This document shows positions 1 to 12,388 of a stretch of DNA of 64,000 nt, piece after piece. Source of the DNA: Nemertoderma westbladi (lineage: Eukaryota; Animalia; Xenacoelomorpha); assembly GCA_032718475.1 (NCBI GenBank), contig JAUCBJ010008230.1, positions 62,001 through 126,000 of the forward strand, given 5' to 3'. A program made the position numbers and the translations under genes. The stretch's first letter is position 1, and each line of letters begins with the position of its first letter. The notes under the pieces are model-generated. The model was not told the DNA's origin. It searched no databases and worked only from the letters and a program-made list of their open reading frames with translations.

Positions 1-2
1 TT

Positions 3-365
3 ACGCCGACCGTTACGACATTAGATCCGTATACGGAGATTAAACCCTGTTCGACACCCAGTTTGATAGAGACGGCAGCGGCCATTTCGCTGTACCGAGC
101 CTATAAGGATCTAGAGGCGCGGCGCGAAGCGGTACGGGACTCGAGTTCCTGGACCACGTTCACTTCGCTTCACCAGGAGAGGAAGCTCACGCCTGAGTAT
201 CCAGACGAGATTCGCGCCGTCCATCCGTCTACTAACTATATCCAAGATCCGCGGTTTATACGATATTTACTCCAAATTATTTCGGGAAGTTTCGACGAAC
301 GCATTATTAAGCCCGAATATGTCCAATCCTTTATATATCATTGTCGCTCTGATATATACGTCTAG
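3..365 (+). pseudogene. ORF fragment of unknown function, probably the 3' accessory ORF of element A
   Basis: The frame of ORF 63..365 is open back to the window start. No pol motifs are present. Coding-like composition continues past the TAG to ~720. Confidence 0.35.
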
Positions 366-1515
366 AATTATTACCCAGCGCACAATTGGCGGCCTAAGGA
401 GACTCGTTTGGGGTCATTGACCTCTGAACGAGTGGAGGATCAGGACCGCCGCGCCCACAGCGACAACAGCCGGAGCTCACAGCTCGCGGCAAGTACCAGA
501 AGGAGGAGTCCTTGGCAAGCGTCAAGCCAAGGACGAGCAGTTCTATTCTACGGTTGAAGAAAAGGAGTTGGCGGAGGCGCCCACAGGGACACGGCAAATG
601 GGACGAGGCCGAGGGAGGAGCCCAGAAGGACGAAAGCGAGACTGGTGTATCTGGAGAGGGGAGCGAGCCCGAGAGACCCAGGAGCTAGCCGATGAGACTA
701 TAATATCACGGAGCGACAAACTCTAGACATATACATCATCGTCGCTCTGATGTATATCGTAGGTTTTGATCAATCATTCGACTGGACTCATATACACTAG
801 TCGTATTCATAGTTTAGAGTTTTATTTTAGACGGCCGAAAAATATTGAAAGGAAATACTTTTATTTTATAGTCCGTTGGAAATATGATTTTGAGCCTATA
901 CTATATTTGATTTTGTGTATATGACTTTATTTGCTCTAAAGTTTATTGAAAGAGGCAAAGGAAGTGATTGGGGAGACAAACCCGCGGGTTTGGCTTACTC
1001 CTATCACTTACCTGAGCAATCATCAAACCAAGGTGATTTGCGTTTTTATAAGAAATTAAGTAAAGTCCGAAAATGAAAGAAATTATTACGTATTTTATAT
1101 TTAATTTGATTATCGGCCTTTAATGCAATTTAGTTAAAAATTTAGCCTCAAATACGTTTATATTTAGTTTATCTTGTTAATGTTGATCGTTAATTTGAGA
1201 TGGGAAATGGGGGACATTGTCCTAGCCATGTTCCATTTCAATATGTAGATCGTCAATTTGTAAATAAATAAAGGAAGTAATATTTTGTAAATTTAATTTT
1301 GTATGTAGTAATCATTATGTAGAACGAACGAGAAACAATATTTTGTAAATTTAATTTGTATGTAATTCATTATGCAATATCTATGGCAATATTTGTAAAT
1401 AGTAGAATTATTATGTTATTTAGATTGGTTGGAAGAAATTTATTTTGTTTTGTATACATCACCTTATACTCTTCTACAGTTGGAGGGAAACATTATATGA
1501 TTTCCCTTGGAGCGG

Positions 1516-3620
1516 TGTTACGGTATATGGCGCTGTATCCACATTATTAGTCGTTATACTGTATGCAGTATTAGTCCATTATGCAGTATGCAATATTAGT
1601 CCGTTATACTGTACGTAATATTAGTCCGTTGTGCAGTATAATTATTTAGATAAGGCACAGTGTGGTGACATTTAGGTAAGGAAGTTAAAACGCCCATATA
1701 TTTTGCATCCATTCATTTGTATAGTATGTAGCCCTACCTACGTAATTTTGTATTAGGATATATGTAGATAGTTCCAGGGTAGCGAGTTTATTCGGACCCT
1801 GGATTTTGTGCTTGCTGATATTAGTTTGATAGGGCTAGCATATAGGGACGCCGTCCTGGCCATTCAGCAGCCAGAGACGTGAACCATTACCATATATGGT
1901 AATAATTTGAGCAATAGGGCTACAATCCGGCCTCCTTATTGGATTAACTGCTTCCAGGTTGGTCTAATGCTAGCATGGACTGGAGAGCCAATAGGAGAGC
2001 GATTGAGTCACCCTATTGCATCATCCCACCCGGATCACCTATAAATTGGCGGTGTGCCGGTAGAGCCTGTTATCAATCTGTTCAACCTGTTTTACTGTTT
2101 TTCAATCAGTCACTGCTGTTGTACTTGCTAAGCTGTCTCTAATTTTGTATTAGGATATCGTATTTTCTGCAATTTGCTAATTTGATTAATTTCTTGAAAT
2201 GATTTGCTAGTGCGATTACTTGCTTGTGTTTCTCAATAATTCCTTCGATTACTGCTAATTACAACTGAACTATGATTTCTACCTTTTGATTAATGGTTCT
2301 ATGTGATTCTTTTCTGCGCAATAATCCTAAGGGATTTCTGAGACTGTCAGACTTTGTGATTTGCATGCGCCGCTACGGTAGCTATTAGCATAATGGAGGG
2401 CTAAGGCGCCAGTGGGCGGTGGGCACATCGGGGGGTTAGCGACGAAGGGAGCGGAGGATTCAAAGGCGAGCAACGCTGGCGGGGGGTCACCGTTGCGGTC
2501 GGGCAATTTGCATTGTAGCGTGGGGGCAGCTCGCTGGTACAGTAATTAGGGGGCTGATGATCCAGGTTTTGTCTCTATTTAGTATTAGGGGGGCAGGAAT
2601 TGGGTTAGTTAGGAAGCCTAGATGTACCCGGGAGAGGTCTGCGTGCTTTACAATTGCGAATTGCATGTATTGCAGTATTGCGAATTATTATATTGTGCTG
2701 TGTAATTGCTAATTGCGTGCATTGCGGATTGTACAATTGTGAATCGCGCATTGCGAGCTGTGATTGCTGACGCTGATTGGTGTGTTACTAAAGTGTGCCT
2801 AAGATTACGAATGCTTAGATAGGCGCTCTTTTCCCTTTGATTGATTTCTATCTCTTAGTTTACTGTAAATAATTACTGATTAGGTCAAAGTAATACAGTA
2901 TTTTAGGCTGTTACATATTTGTGACTGTAATTAATTAGTAAAATTAAGAATTAGTACGCAGCATAGCGGAGAGTAGCTAAGGTAATAATTAGAGTACCGT
3001 AAACTATTCACGCTGAGCGGTTATTTGAATTAGCGGGCAATAAGCTAGATAGCAGTATTCAGTACGCAAAACGCATTAGTAATTTGCTGGCCTAAAGCCA
3101 GCCGCAGACAAGTTTAGTCCCACTATAGGTATTAGCCCTAATAAACACTGTACCACTTTGATTATTTTAAATATTCTCGCATTCACACATTCCGTTAGGG
3201 AACCCCCAGTATTCGCGATTAGAAAAGACGTAGGCATTGGCGTACTTTAACAGTAAGATTAGGCGTAAGAATATACTCTGAGTGTAAAACCTCTCACACT
3301 CGTTTTAAGTCAGCTTAGGGAGCCGATTCGGGTTTGTTGTTTTGGTTATTCCCGCGTGGCTCATATATTCGAACAGTTAGCTCTCTATCGAGTAATTGGT
3401 AGAGAAAGGAACAAGAAATTAGCAGGAGCCGTAGACTGGTAGAAAATTAGTAAAACATATTAGCGGACGGCAGGTTAGCGCCATCTAACGGTAAGTAGCG
3501 GTTTTGTATTTAGCAGCCCCTCACATTAGCAATAATACGCTCCTGATTGCCCTGTCTAATAAATAGAGCAGTTTGCAGTTTTGTGTCTTTATTGGTTAGG
3601 CCGGGGTAGTTTGTTTAACA
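1516..3620 (+). repeat. Putative 3' LTR of element A (~2.1 kb)
   Basis: 5-bp terminal inverted repeat TGTTA...TAACA; CCAAT ~1989 and TATAAA ~2040; AATAAA ~3558; internal short repeats at 1545-1640 and 2650-2765; sharp junction with satellite. Confidence 0.6.
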
Positions 3621-4842
3621 GAAGTAATCAGCTGTTATTTGCTTCGTCTTTCCACAGGAGATGGATGAAATTTGATTGCGTCGGAACACCCCCTTTTTGA
3701 GGCTCTCAGAGTGAAGAGATAAGTAGTCTATCTTCCTGTTAATATTGTTGTGTTCTAGAATAATTATTATAGTTTCATCGTATTGCCAAAGCGGCTGGAG
3801 CCGAAGTTAATATGTGATACAATAATTCACCTCAAATTTCTCAGCTATTTCATGAATGTATTGAGTATTAAAGCCATGTCAAAATCCTTGGGGTTTTTCA
3901 GCAATAATTTATCAAAATATCCTCTGATTTTTTTTCAAAAACCACATAGATTTTCATATTTATAACTTCTAACCCACTCCACGAGATAGAGAATCTTAAA
4001 CGAAAGTCATAAGAACAGGTAACACTTTCATTTAGAAGTAATCAGCTGTTCTTTGCTTCGTCTTTTCCCTGGAGATGGATGAATTTTGATTGCGTCGGAA
4101 CACCCCCTTTTTGAGGCTCTCAGAGTGAAGAGATAAGTAGCCTATCTCCCTGTTAATATTATTGTGTTCTAGAATATTTATTATAGTTTCATCGTATTGC
4201 CAAAGCGGCTAGAGCCGAAGTTAATATGTGATACAATAATTCACCTCAAATTTCTCAGCTATTTCATGAATATAATGAGTATTAAAGCCATGTCAAAATC
4301 CTTGGGGTTTTTCAGCAATTATTTATCAAAGTATCCTCACTTTTTTTACAAAAAACGACACCGATTTTCATATTCATGACTTCTAACCCACTCCAAGAGA
4401 TAGACAATCTTAAATGAAAGTCAAAAGAGCAGGTAACACTTACATTTATAGAAGTAATCAGCTGTTCTTTGCTTCGTCTTTCCCCTGGAGATGGAGGAAT
4501 TTGATTGCGTCGGAACACCCCCTTTTTGAGGCTCTCAGAGTGAAGAGATAATTAGCCTATCTCCCTGTTAATATTGTTGTGTTCTAGAATATTTATTATA
4601 GTTTCATCGTATTGCCAAAGCGGCTGGAGCCGAAGTTAATATGTAATGCAATAATTCACCTCAAATTTCTCAGCTAATTTATGAATATAATGAGTATTAA
4701 ATCCTTGTCAAAATCCTTGGTGTTTTTCAGCAATAATTTATTAAAATCTCCTCTGATTTTTTACAAAAAACGACATCGATTTTCATATTCATGACTTCTA
4801 ACCCAATCCACGAGATAGAGAATCTTAAACGAAAGTCATAAG
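3621..4842. repeat. ~415-bp satellite, about 3 monomers
   Basis: The same sequence recurs at 414-416 bp spacing (e.g. ORF-track starts 3783 and 4197). Confidence 0.97.
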
Positions 4843-4969
4843 TATAGAATTATATTCCCTAAATGCCGTGGATTTTCAAAATTTTATTTTGTTCGAATTA
4901 ACTTTGTAAAAGATTGCTTTGAGTCCTCATTTGTATTTGTTATATCTATTGTACGCCTATTATTCAAGT

Positions 4970-5056
4970 GGTTCAGTAGCTCAGTCGGTAGAGCGTTGGA
5001 AATTATATGTGTAGTAGGTATTGAGTTCGAATCCTAGTAAGTGCGAATTATTTTTT
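4970..5056 (+). ncRNA. tRNA-derived Pol III (type 2 promoter) unit inside the putative U3; not a functional tRNA
   Basis: A box TAGCTCAGTCGG 4977-4988 with a perfect D-arm GCTC/GAGC; B box GAGTTCGAATCC 5023-5034; T6 run 5051-5056. Acceptor and anticodon stems do not pair. Confidence 0.65.
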
Positions 5057-5114
5057 GTGCAGAATTTCAACTCATTTAAATTAACCGCTACAAATTAAAT
5101 TGCATTTGTCTGTA

Positions 5115-5263
5115 CCAATGAGACTGTAGTTATTTGATTGTAACCAATGTCGTGCAAGTTATATATTAGCTGGACCAATAGCTATCTTTAAAAACCTGTT
5201 AGAACCTATAGAACAATCGAGAATTTTCTCGATTGATTGCAGCACAAATTTGCTATATAAAGG
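5115..5263 (+). promoter_or_regulatory. Pol II promoter of B1: three CCAAT boxes about 30 bp apart plus TATA
   Basis: CCAAT at 5115, 5144 and 5175; TATATAAAAG at 5254-5263. Two of the three CCAAT contexts are clearly kept in B2, which also has a third CCAAT at the equivalent place. Confidence 0.65.
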
Positions 5264-7537
5264 TGCGATTTGTTCATTAGTTATCTATCTTTATTCATTC
5301 TAATCTTCTGTATTATTCAATATTGTTTATTCTGTCATTAGTTTCAGATTACATTTTTGTATTATTATCTGCAATAAATTCAGAAATACCGCTATCTGCT
5401 TTTCTTTCACCATGATTCACTATGGTGAACAAAGTTAAGGACAGGATGGCCGGCTAGAGATCGGGCCGCAGCAATGAACGGGAACATCACGGGAATGTAG
5501 ACAAGAGACAACCCGCAATATCATCTCAGTTATTCGCCCATCGCCTGAAAGGTTAGACAGCGTTCGACGCCTTGCTACCTAAGCGTAAGACCAAAGATCA
5601 AAAGGTAGAAGTAGTGACACGCTGTGAGCCTAAAATTACATCTTAGGGACTGTACTGTCTTAATTCAGGAAAAAACCACAGTAGACCTTCACATTCCTAC
5701 GGGGGGGGGGAGAGCAGGCAGATACTAGTACGCAGATAGGACGTAGGCACACCGGTACGAAGCATACACATTGGTAGGGTGCAGCAAACTGTACGCCTAA
5801 CTCTTGCTAAGTACAGGTGCGTCTGTGACTATTTGTAGTACAACGGTGTCCATTGCATTAGAACTTGTAGGCTAGGAGGGTTGCTGTGTTTTCACCTGAA
5901 TTAGGATTGTACCGTTCAGGCGGTAGGGCAGTTTACAACTAGGCGCAAATAAATTGAGGCTATTAGGGATATACTAACATCTACCGTGTCCCCGCCAACG
6001 CCCTAATAGGAAGTTACCCAGCCTACCTAGGTGACTAAAATTCTAGATAAGAGCCAGGATAGCTATTAGTAACTGTACACCTACAGTAGTAAACTAACAC
6101 ATCTCTTCTTAGTATTAGGGACCTGGTACCTAAAATTGCCGAATTCTGGGCGTAGCATTAACTTTATGCCTGAATTTGAGTCCTGGAAATACGCAAGAGG
6201 GGAAGGAACCTTATCATTCGTGAGTATTGGACCTACAAGTTACAAAATTAGAATATTCGTAAAATGCACACCGTACCCAGTAATTATATATGTGAAGGAG
6301 CAAAACTGCTTTTGACCGTTCAGAATTAACACACGCGCGTTAGAAATTATTTACACCTCAAAATATATAAAATTAACTTTCGTCCTTACTGTGCTTTGCC
6401 TGCTAGTTAGACATCCCCAAATCTCTGCCTCTGTACCTAGCTAGCGTCCCTTTCGCCCAACCATATAAATCACACCGCGGCAAAGTATACGAGCCCCTTA
6501 GTCCGTCAGTGAGTCAGCCTGATTTTAGGATTCGCTGCGCGGGATTTTGTTCTATCGAAGTTTGTCTGCTCGTAGACTGTTTTCTGCCTCACCGGTTATA
6601 AGAGATCGATACTGCAATATATTAGCTTACTTAGAGTTTACTGTTTTGGTGAGAAGGTCGGATTTATGATTTGATTCACAAACTTTACAGTAAGATATTG
6701 CAGGTATTGTTACTGTCTCTTCCAATAGTAGGAATGTGTTTTACTGAACTACGGTTCGGTAGGACTAAAGTTATTTGAAAATTTTGTATTTTGAGGTAAA
6801 AATTTGTATTTGATTAGCTAAGTGCTAATTTTTTGAAATAAAATTTGATTTGAACCGCGTGTAAAATATTTTTGGAATTGAATACCGGTGTTTAAAAAGG
6901 GTTTAAATACCATATTGTACCGGTACAAAAATTTTCGTAAAAGTAAAACCTAACTCTTTTGTTTTTCAGGATTCAGAACTCATTTCTAGACTGTAACGGG
7001 AGCAAGACCGTGTTTAGCAAGTTTGGGAGATAGATAACTCAACAACTTTGGTTGGGAAAATTGCGCTTCGTCCGCAACGCTGGAAACGGAAAGGTTCACG
7101 TTCGGTTTGTATCTGGGAATCTGTTTTTCTGGAGAATTATTGGAGTGGGTGAGTTCGAAAAGTTGCATAAATAAGTTAGGCATTACCGTATTAGTTAAAA
7201 TTATTGTGGGTTCCACTGTCTCAAGTATTTATGCATTCCGTATGATTTCTTTGTTCATTGCTGAATTAGTCCGTATTATTGTATTTAATATACCTTTTGA
7301 TAACGCATATCGTTATCCGATTTATTTGTTATAAAATTGGCCGCTAGGCTAATTTTATTATATACTTATTCCGTAACATTTATTTGCTGTAAAATTGGCC
7401 GTTTAGGCTAATTTTATCCATCTGCTATAAAATCGGCCGGTAGGCTAATTTTATATGACTGTAATTAGTACCGTTTAGATAAAATACGGTAAGTTTGATA
7501 CTTTGACACTCACTTTACTTGACTTACAACTACCGAA

Positions 7538-10009
7538 ATGAGTGACAAACAAGACTATACGAAGAATACACCTACCAACTATGACTCATGTGACGCGGAT
7601 AAGTCAGCAGCGGAAGAACAACAGGGGAAGACTCGCGAGCCTACCGAACCTACACCGTGTGCGTCACCAGTACATCCAACGGGAGTACCGGATGCCGTAG
7701 TACGAGGCGACGGCAGGACCGAGGACTTTCTAACTGTTCCGCAACCTGGATACAGGGAAACGGAATTGGTAAGTTCAGCAGGAAGCACAGAAAGTGTGGT
7801 TAGAAGCGTCGGAGGATACATGGCGCATATAACCAGGAGTATTGGAGAAGGCCAACGCATATTAGACGAGTTGACCGCTCCGATGTCTCGATTCGAGTTC
7901 TACACCCTCCAGGTTAGAGTACAAAGTAGAGTACACAAGTCCGTAGATAACCTAATTGGTCTACAAGATCTAGCTAGACAGAGACAGGACATGGATACTC
8001 AACTTAGAATCCTCGAGAAACTAATGATCGCTAGAGAGAAACTGATTCAGTTTAAGTCGACGATTAGGCAGATACAACATCAACAAGCGGACCAGTTGTT
8101 AGGTGAGTCAGTTTCGGACGAATTATTACAGCCCGAGGAAGAACAGGAACTGTACCGACTGGATGGACAATTGAAACACCTGACAGATCACTTACGCATG
8201 TGCGGCGAGGACGTCGGAGATTGGGAAACCGTGCCGGAGGCTACGAGGGAAACTTCGCTCGCACAAATCGAACTGGCACCGGGAACACTAAATCAATCAC
8301 TGGTGAGTATTCGTAGCGAAATCTGCGAGGGAAGTATGGTCACGTCAGAAGATGCTCGACAAATGCAAGAATTCTGCCGACAACGACGAGAAATGGAGGA
8401 ACAAGCTCAACTTCTAGTGATGCAGGCAGCAGTAGAGGAAGAGAAGCTACGCGTTGCGAATATAGCGAGAATCTCTCATCTACAGGAACAAGCTGAATTA
8501 GAAGCAGCTGAAGTAGAAAGGTTAGAGGTAGACATTGCCCGACAAGCGGCAGTGGCAGCGGCCGAGTCAGAGCGACAAGCGGCAGCGGCAGCGGCGGAAT
8601 TAGAACGAGAAAGGTTAGTTTCGGAAGCACGGGCCGAAATGAAAACACGGCAAATAAAAGCTCAATCCGCTATACGACAAGCGGAGTTTGAGGCGCAACA
8701 ACAACAAACGGAACAATGAGAGAAGACAGCTAAACTTCATTTCGAACTCGAGAAGAAGGCGAGAGAATTAGCGAACGCCGAGGAAGATCTGGATCAAAAG
8801 GCCCACGATCGATCAATGAGATCTCGAGACGGACATGACTTGGACCAGATAGAGGTAAGACATCGCCAAATTAAGGAACGAAAGAAGGAAGGAAGCGTAG
8901 GAGCACCCGGACGGGAACGACAATTAGTAAAAGACTTGTGTCAACGATTCCCACAGGTAACTCATATGTTTGCACCGGTTACGACTAAGGAACCTGTTTC
9001 GATTGCTGGTAGCAGTGATATTTCTCCTATCCATGGTGCGACGGAACACAGGTTTGTTATTCCGGACAAGTTTACACCGCCAAGAGCAACGTCGTCGCCT
9101 ATTCCGAAAGTTAAGGTAAGTAACCCACCGATTACAGATCGTAGTAGTTTATTAGTCAGACCTGCACTACTGACGACTAAACAGGTGAGTCCACCTTTAA
9201 CGCCAAAACCGGTTACGCACTACGAATACCCAATGACGTTTCGGCCTACAAGGCCAGTTGATTCGAAAGCGGTTATTCGACCACCGATCCAGTTTACATC
9301 GCAATCTACGACTTCGAGGAAGACTTGTGAGCCTACCGAACAACGGAGAACAGTGGATACGCAACTGTTCAACCAGCTTACATCGCAATCTACGACTTCG
9401 AGGAAGACTTGTGAGCCTACCGAACAACGGAGATCAGTGGACGATGTTCCAAAGCGAAACGTTAGAATTCGTACGACGCAACGGACGCGAACACGTCGAC
9501 CACCATATCCAGATGATAGTAGTACTTCGAGCGAATCGGATTACCCGAAACGCGAGGTATTTAGAACAGGGGCGGCCGATGAATATAAACGTGAGCGTTC
9601 AGACAACTCCTTTGTAGACAATCCTCCACAGAATACACCAACACAGAAGGCGTTACAACCAACGGACGCAATCAGTACACAACAGTTCGCCGACATCATG
9701 CGACCAGTTGTTAACAAGTTGGCTCAGATCGAGGAACGTCTGGAGGAAGTTCAAACCGATAGTTCGAGGAACACCGAATTCGAACACAATAGACACCCGA
9801 AGGAACCACAAAGACCGGTACCTTCAAAACATACATCGTATCAGGGAAAAGCGCCAAGAAGGGATATCAACCTAATTACCAACCAAGGACGCGAAACTCT
9901 GAACGTTGCCGAGGAGATAGCGAAATTCGCAGCCAGACAGGGATTGCCGGTGCAACAACCACCTAAGTTTTCCGGTAGCTCAAAACACTGGCACACTTTC
10001 GTAGACTAA
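7538..10009 (+). pseudogene. gag: N-terminal Gag region of B1 (coiled-coil, then P/T/S-rich), with in-frame stops at 8717 and 10007
   Basis: ORFs 7538..8719 and 8816..10009 share one frame and end in PPKFSG..W..F, the start of the BEL/Pao Gag core (DUF1759-like). Confidence 0.8.
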
Positions 10010-10027
10010 ATCGAATCTCAGATCGCC

Positions 10028-12388
10028 GTGTGCGCCTTTACATCACGGGAGAAGTTTAATTATCTGCTTCAAACGTTGTCAGGAGAACCTAAACGTTTGG
10101 CGGAGACTTTCGTCGGTGTACCAAACGCTTTCGAACTAGCGTACGATCGTTTAACTTCGATATACGGAGGTACAGTCAGCATGGCCAGGTCAGTGATAGA
10201 GGAACTCTGTAAGGGAGGGGCTATCACTAAACCCATCGACTTATTAAAACTGGCTGACGAGATAAAGAACGCTATGACTACTTTAAGATCCATTGGACAA
10301 CTTGACTACGGGAATACCCCTACAGTCCTATTAAAGATCATAGGACGACTCCACCATCGACTTCGTCGGGAGTGGAGAAAGATCGAATACCAGCGAGAAG
10401 AGCGGGGTGGATTCTTAAAACTAGAGGATGTGTACCTTTTGATATCCAGGGAAGCAGTTGTAGAAACTCGATCCAACTACACTGACCAGCACATCGTAGC
10501 AGAAGGGATCACCTTGCCATCCTCCAACCGACAAAAACCCCAGACAACATCCACCAAGACGGCCACTTACGCCACACCGACGGAATCACGACAATTCTCG
10601 GACGGTAGTAGGGTATCTGCGCCCATTGGGACAAAACAGACGAGACAACAACTCAGTACCGACTTCAGCGGCTGCCGATACTGCGAGCATTTAGGCAAGT
10701 GGTATATCGGTCACAAGTTGCGAGGTTGTCGACAGTTTCGCGAGTTAAACTCGGAAGAACGACGGCTGCAGATATGGCCATTGGACTCTTGTTGGCGGTG
10801 TACGCGACACGGACACGTCCGTAAAGATTGCCCAAATACCGACACTTGTCCATCCTGTGGACGCAACCACGACGGTCTGCTCCACACAGACAGCCACACA
10901 CCGACAAAACGCTTCGCCAGGGAACACCCGGAAGCAGCAGCGAGATGTGATGCGGCCTACAGAAGTCGAGAATCGAAAACAACTCCAACCTTTGTGACAC
11001 ATATAAAGGATTGCTTCTCAGAACAATCCGGATCGTCGGACGAAGAGTCAGAAGACGACGACGTATATTCTGATGGAGACGAACAACCATCGATCGCGCT
11101 TCTAACGACTGACCAACTAAAGGGATTCAGTGTAATTCCGATTAAGATTACTGGCACAAAGGGAAGCAAGAGAATCTACGCTATCCTGGATTCAGCCTCA
11201 TCTCACAGCTACGTGGATGAACAGATAGCTGACGTAGTGACGGATCTCAAACAAGGTAAGCGCGTCAGTTATACTGTAAGTAGTATGCACGGACAGCGTG
11301 CAATACCAGTGACACGAGTTAAGTTGGATTTAGACACTCTTCTTCCAAAATCGCAACACAGCGAGAGGGAGAGGTCTTTGTTACCCTTCAAGGATTTGAC
11401 TTTTGCGGCCACCAAAGACTTTAGTAACCTACTAGGTCCGGTCCCAGAACAATCCTTGGAGGACCGTAAGTATTTCAGACACCTTGGTGTACCTGAATGT
11501 CCTGTCAATTATCGATCGGTAGCCATGCTGATCAGGACGGACCAATTCAATCTACATCAAGTGTGGGAAACCAGACCATCGGCAGTCGTAGCGGGAAACG
11601 CATACGCCTGTAGAACGCCGATAGGGTGGTATACTCGAGCGCCTGTGCGCACACTGGACATAAGTGACGAGGAAGACGATGTACAAAGTACATGTAGTTT
11701 ATTAACTACAAATTCAATTCATTCCTTTTCACACGACGTGGACCATACTACATTACATACAAGACATGACAGACGTGTAACTAGTATGATAAGTCACAAG
11801 GAGCAGCTAATCCACCAGGTGAGTTTAGAACTTGGGGAGAAGACGAGTCAGCTAGAGATTCCATCGACGACAGATGATAACGCCGGAAGGCTTGCGAGTC
11901 TACCTACCCCAATAACCTCAACAATACCCGTCGATATCGATGATGACGCGTTGAGAAATCATCAAGTGGAACAAGCTGCACTGGACAAAGAATTAACGGA
12001 GAAGACTATCAGGTGGTTAGAACAAGATACAGCTGAACCTGGTAGCTACGAACCTTGTATGTCGGAACAGGAGAAACAATCTTTGAGGATCATGGAAGAT
12101 ACTATCCGCCAGACGAAAGACGGACATTATGAGGTGGGGATGTTATGGCGTAGCCAAAGTCCTAAACTTATAAATAACTACCCACTAGCTTTAAGACGTC
12201 TACACTCAATACGGCAACGTCTATTAAAGGACGAGAAAGCCCATCTGCAGTACAACACTCAGATGGAGACGTATTTGACCAAGGGATACGCTATCCGGAT
12301 GACTAACCCAGAGATAGTGACTGACCAGACGTACTACTTGCCACATCACTACGTGAGACACACCAGACAAAGTACGTGTAGTCAATGA
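10028..12388 (+). pseudogene. B1 Gag core, three Cys/His knuckles, aspartic protease and start of RT
   Basis: EKFNYLLQTLSGEP; CRYC..H..C, CWRC...GH...C, CPSCGRNH...LH; YAILDSAS; YYLPHH. A frameshift near 12362 leads into KVRVVNDC...LMDGPN...DVEAMFHQV. Confidence 0.9.

Larger units (their letters stand above)
1..3620 (+). mobile_element. 3' part of LTR retrotransposon A (extends off left edge): terminal ORF remnant, AT-rich 3' UTR, short purine tract, long LTR
   Basis: GC-richer coding-like DNA to ~720, then an AT-rich UTR, a hairpin (1484-1507), GGAGCGG, and TGTTA at 1516. It ends TAACA at 3620, directly against satellite. The partner LTR is outside the window, so the superfamily is unknown. 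Confidence 0.6.
4843..5422 (+). repeat. Putative 5' LTR of B1 (3' boundary approximate)
   Basis: U3-R-U5-like order: Pol III unit, three CCAAT boxes, TATA 5254-5263, AATAAA 5373-5378, then TGGTG at ~5423. Homologous to 60338-60937. Confidence 0.6.

Noticed and set aside
3675-3695. CENP-B box-like TTGCGTCGGAACACCCC in the monomer
   Set aside because: Lacks the essential TTCG and CGGG positions.
4970-5045. Functional tRNA gene
   Set aside because: Acceptor, anticodon and T stems do not pair; only the promoter boxes and D-arm remain.
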